DNA of 19,982 bases, taken from NCBI GenBank assembly GCA_050014495.1, contig JBEKDF010000044.1, positions 1 through 19,982 of the forward strand, given 5' to 3'. Origin of the DNA: Candidatus Bathyarchaeia archaeon. GTDB taxonomy: Archaea > Thermoproteota > Bathyarchaeia > TCS64. Under the pieces are notes generated by a model. The model worked only from the letters and a program-made list of their open reading frames with translations. It did no database searches and was not told where the DNA came from. The position numbers were made by a program, and so were the translations under genes. How positions within the stretch are numbered: the stretch's first letter is position 1; each line of letters begins with the position of its first letter. Below, piece by piece: positions 16,988 to 19,982 of this stretch.

Positions 16988-17665
16988 TTAGGGGCGAACG
17001 ACTGTGCCGTGGTGGGCGCCTGTGACGGCGCGTATTATCTCCTCGGGGTCGGTGCCGTCGACGAAGATGAGAGGGATACCAAGTTTAGCGGCGAGCCTCA
17101 CGGCTTTGAGATCGAAGAGGCCGTACTCGCCTGGGCTCTGGCGGGTGTTGGCCCTGATTATATTTTCAAGCTGCGGGTATGTGAGGGTGTCTAGTTTCTT
17201 CGCGTCTTGGTTCGTCTTCGGGTTCTTGTCGTAGACCCCCGCGACGTCCGTAGCGTTGATTATGAGGTCGGCATTTATGGCCTCGGCGAAGATGGCTGCT
17301 CGATAGTCGGTGCTGCTCCCGGGTTTGTAACCTCCGCCAACGAGTATCTTGTCTCCGAAGTGACGCTTGATGTCGGTTGACCGTTGATGTATATGTGGGT
17401 CTGCAGCGTCTCCTAGGGCGGCGATGAGGAGGAGGGCGTTCACGTGAGTGGCGAGGATGCCGAGGCTGTCCTGTATGTCACAGTTGGCGTCGAGCTCCTT
17501 TGCAATTGTGATGAACTGGCGGGCGGGGCGGCCGCCACCGCAGGTCACGACTACGGTGTGGCCAGCCTCCCAGAGGCGTTTAACGACCTCTGCGTAGCGT
17601 CTATAGGAGGCTGCATCCATGTTCCTGGTGAGTAGGCTTCCACCGAGACTTATGGAGACCTTCAT
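16988..17665 (-). CDS. pyrH: Uridylate kinase (archaeal type)
   Basis: SLGGS, GGGRPAR, DSLGILATHVNA, PGSSTD, TDVAGVYDKNP, FDLKA, GTVV. Confidence 0.92.
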   Translation of the reverse strand: MKVSISLGGSLLTRNMDAASYRRYAEVVKRLWEAGHTVVVTCGGGRPARQFITIAKELDANCDIQDSLGILATHVNALLLIAALGDAADPHIHQRSTDIKRHFGDKILVGGGYKPGSSTDYRAAIFAEAINADLIINATDVAGVYDKNPKTNQDAKKLDTLTYPQLENIIRANTRQSPGEYGLFDLKAVRLAAKLGIPLIFVDGTDPEEIIRAVTGAHHGTVVRP

Positions 17666-17728
17666 CAGGGTTCACTCCTCGTTTGTTCTATATGGATAAA
17701 ATGATTGTCTTTGAATGAAATGTGAAGT

Positions 17729-18352
17729 TTAGGTGGGGACCTTCCCTGCCCCGGGGAGCTCGGGGAAGGTATCCTTCATCCTCGACTCGGCGACGCTCGC
17801 TGCCTCCTCCAGTATCTTGGAGCTGTCCTCATTTGCTGACTGGAAGTTTAGGGTCAGGCCCGATGTTGCGCCCGCATCCATCACTATTCCGCTGAGGATG
17901 TTGCTGATGTCACCCATCTCCTTGGCTATCTGGGGGTTAACGGCTGCCATGCCCACCATGACGTCGCGCATGACACCGATCACTGGTAGGAGAGTGTAGG
18001 CGAGGTCACCCATTTCGCTGATTGCCTCGATGCGCATCACTATCTGGTCTAGGGCGAGCTTAGCATTTAGGATCGTCTTCTGCATCTTGCGGAGCTCCGC
18101 GAGCTCCCCTGCGTAGATATTGGCGTGGGGGGTGTCGTGCTTCTGATAGGCATCGACTACCTTGGCGAAGAGGGCTTTGTCCCTCTCGGCCATGCGCTGG
18201 GACTCTCGGTCCAGTTTGAGGACTTGGGCCTGTACGAGCTTCGATGCGTAATCCATCCTGGGCTTGAGGGCACCGGGTGGGTTTATAGTCTCCCGGAGCG
18301 CCTTGCCGAGGGGTTGGGAGTTCCCCCTATCCCACTGCTTGTCGAATGACAT
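17729..18352 (-). CDS. Snf7/ESCRT-III family protein, short CdvB paralog
   Basis: Helical protein with RDKALFAKVV, ANIYAGELAELRK, LALDQIVMRIE, GDLAYTLLP, KILEEAASVAE and FPELP, matching TACK CdvB-like proteins. Confidence 0.88.
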   Translation of the reverse strand: MSFDKQWDRGNSQPLGKALRETINPPGALKPRMDYASKLVQAQVLKLDRESQRMAERDKALFAKVVDAYQKHDTPHANIYAGELAELRKMQKTILNAKLALDQIVMRIEAISEMGDLAYTLLPVIGVMRDVMVGMAAVNPQIAKEMGDISNILSGIVMDAGATSGLTLNFQSANEDSSKILEEAASVAESRMKDTFPELPGAGKVPT

Positions 18353-18611
18353 CTGGTATTACCTCTGATGTGTAAGGCGCGTGTCGCCGGATAGGTGTTC
18401 AGTTTCCAATATGACCATCCGAGTCATCTTTATTGTTTGGATGGGTGTTTGTTTGCATTCTTCGAGTAATTTTCGGACGGGAGTTTGTACGTTTGTTATA
18501 AGATGTGTTCAAATCTATTATGTGAAGAATGGTCATTTTGCGCTGGTTAGTATAATTAGCTTTGTTCAGCTTCTATAATGCGGGTTAAGTTGTTAGCTTC
18601 TTTTTTCGAAT

Positions 18612-18621
18612 AAGTTTTAAG
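18612..18621 (+). promoter_or_regulatory. TATA box of tRNA-Leu
   Basis: AAGTTTTAAG ending ~25 nt before the mature tRNA 5' end. Confidence 0.55.
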
Positions 18622-18646
18622 TTGTGTGTTTGGTATCGTTGGTGGG

Positions 18647-18729
18647 GCGGGGGTTCCCAAGTGGCCAAAGGGGCGGGACTCAAGATCCCCTAGCTCAGGC
18701 TTTCGAGGGTTCGAATCCCTCCCCCCGCA
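18647..18729 (+). tRNA. tRNA-Leu(CAA), long variable arm, intronless
   Basis: GCGGGGG/CCCCCGC acceptor plus A and CC; D arm CCC-AAGTGGCCAAA-GGG; anticodon loop CTCAAGA (CAA 18681-18683); variable arm AGC-TCAG-GCT; T arm GAGGG-TTCGAAT-CCCTC. Confidence 0.96.
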
Positions 18730-19982
18730 CCTAACTTCAGGTTTGGTTCGTCAGGATATTTTTCTTAAGGGTAACATGAGGAAGGACGAGCTTGATGCGG
18801 GTCAGGGTGAAAAGCACTGTGCGAGTGCACTGAGACGATTAGAATCATCGACTGATGTCAGGGAACCCGACAGGGTTGACTTCAGGCGGTTCATAAACCA
18901 CATCCAAGCCGAAGGAGTCGGCAAGCACCGGGTCATAAAATACATCAACCACCTCACAGTGCTATCCAGAATAGCGTCCAAACCGCTCCGCGGGAACACG
19001 AGGGAGGATGTTGAGGAGCTGGTCGGCAGGATCAACTCAGCCGACTACATGGACCACACCAAGCACGACTACAAGGTTGTCATCAAGAAGTACTACCAGT
19101 GGCTCAGGGGTTGCGAGGATGGGGAGTATCCACCGGAAGTAAAGTGGATAAAGACTTCCTTCAGGAAGGGGCGGCTGGTTCCGGAGGCACTCCTCACCAC
19201 CGAGGAACTCATGAGGCTGGTGGATGCGGCGGAGAGCCCGAGGGATAAGGCACTTCTTCTGACGGACTACGAATCGGGCTGTCGAAAAGGTGAGATACTT
19301 GACATGAGAATCAGAAACGTCACATTCGACCAATACGGAGCCACACTTATGGTCGATGGAAAGACCGGACCGAGAAGGGTGAGAATAATTGCGGCGGTGC
19401 CAGCTCTCTCGCAATGGTTGAACATACACCCTTTGAGGGATGACGTGAACGCTCCGCTGTGGGTTAACATGGGGACCGTCGGTAGGTACGAGCCCATGAT
19501 GTATTACAGTGCGAGGGCTATGCTCGGGAGGCTTGTGGATAGAACCGGAATCGGAAAGAGGGTTTATAGTCACCTTCTGAGGCATACGAGGGCGACGGAA
19601 CTATCTAATATCCTCACTGATGCACAGATGAAGGAGCACCTGGGCTGGGTTCAGGGATCGGATATGCCCTCGGTTTATGTTCACCTCTCGGGCAAGAACA
19701 TCGATGGACCACTGCTCAGGGCAAGTGGCATAGTCATGAAAGAGAACGAAGCTCCCAAAATGAATTTGACAAGCGAGACCTGCCCGAGATGCAAACAGAG
19801 GATACTTTCAGCGGGTCAGTTTTGTCCAAGCTGTGGGATGGTTCTTGACCTCAAGGCTGCGCGCGCGCTGGCTTGTCCCGAAATTCATCAGGGCTAATAT
19901 AAGCTTATTTTGATAGTTGGGGTCTCGTCCCCCAATGGTCTGCCTAACCCTAGGAGGTGAGTTCACTTAGGACAAGATGAAC
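18690..19982 (+). mobile_element. Left end of a putative integrated element at tRNA-Leu(CAA), extending beyond the window
   Basis: Integrase starts 46 nt after the tRNA 3' end. The second att copy is not in the window, so boundaries are approximate. Confidence 0.6.
18776..19897 (+). CDS. Tyrosine integrase with C-terminal zinc ribbon (resembles archaeal SNJ2-like tRNA-targeting integrases)
   Basis: N-terminal core-binding region (TKHDYKVVIKKYYQWL); catalytic R (ESGCRKGE), K (DGKTG), HLLRH, LGW, Y (SVYVHL); CPRC..CPSC. ATG 18776 is preferred because the track start 18626 runs through the tRNA. Confidence 0.92.
   Translation: MRKDELDAGQGEKHCASALRRLESSTDVREPDRVDFRRFINHIQAEGVGKHRVIKYINHLTVLSRIASKPLRGNTREDVEELVGRINSADYMDHTKHDYKVVIKKYYQWLRGCEDGEYPPEVKWIKTSFRKGRLVPEALLTTEELMRLVDAAESPRDKALLLTDYESGCRKGEILDMRIRNVTFDQYGATLMVDGKTGPRRVRIIAAVPALSQWLNIHPLRDDVNAPLWVNMGTVGRYEPMMYYSARAMLGRLVDRTGIGKRVYSHLLRHTRATELSNILTDAQMKEHLGWVQGSDMPSVYVHLSGKNIDGPLLRASGIVMKENEAPKMNLTSETCPRCKQRILSAGQFCPSCGMVLDLKAARALACPEIHQG

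Noticed and set aside
18381..18578. 65-aa ORF or replication origin in the AT-rich spacer
   Set aside because: Composition is unlike the coding genes here; no repeated ORB boxes and no cdc6/orc1 gene nearby
18626..18775. Integrase frame stays open through the entire tRNA-Leu, suggesting an SSV1/pTN3-style att-split integrase
   Set aside because: The protein appears to have a complete N-terminal domain from ATG 18776, and a 30-50 codon open stretch in GC-rich tRNA sequence is unsurprising by chance. Worth revisiting only if an in-frame int(N) is found at the far att site.
6359..19585. Long antisense ORFs (e.g. 6359..6889, 8349..8903, 13937..14560, 19037..19585)
   Set aside because: All lie opposite well-supported genes and have no recognisable motifs, as expected for shadow ORFs

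Overview
Archaeal chromosomal window. The archaeal ValRS, aRF1, PyrH, a CdvB-type ESCRT-III, TATA promoters and GGTGA Shine-Dalgarno sites suggest a TACK lineage, probably Bathyarchaeia (inference, not a database result). A ~16 kb mostly housekeeping core lies between two outward-pointing tRNA genes, each with a tyrosine-integrase gene at its 3' end. The core holds an MBL hydrolase, MFS transporter, PNPOx-like protein, valS, an unknown A-A-B-B repeat exported protein, a COG1361/ABC exporter operon, an M20 amidohydrolase with a V4R-like neighbour, prf1, pyrH and a cdvB paralog. On the left, tRNA-Ile(GAU) borders a decayed island: an integrase C-terminal fragment fused back-to-back with a TIGR04076-like fragment at a palindrome, an amber-interrupted membrane-anchored gene and a multi-NHL protein. 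On the right, tRNA-Leu(CAA) has a C:C anticodon-stem mismatch and is followed by an integrase with all catalytic residues and a C-terminal Zn ribbon. The best candidates for undescribed biology are the structured ~115-nt leader of the COG1361/ABC operon, the operator-like array with the unknown repeat protein it precedes, the palindromic deletion junction, and the M20 enzyme with altered metal-site motifs. No CRISPR array, rRNA or transposase was seen.
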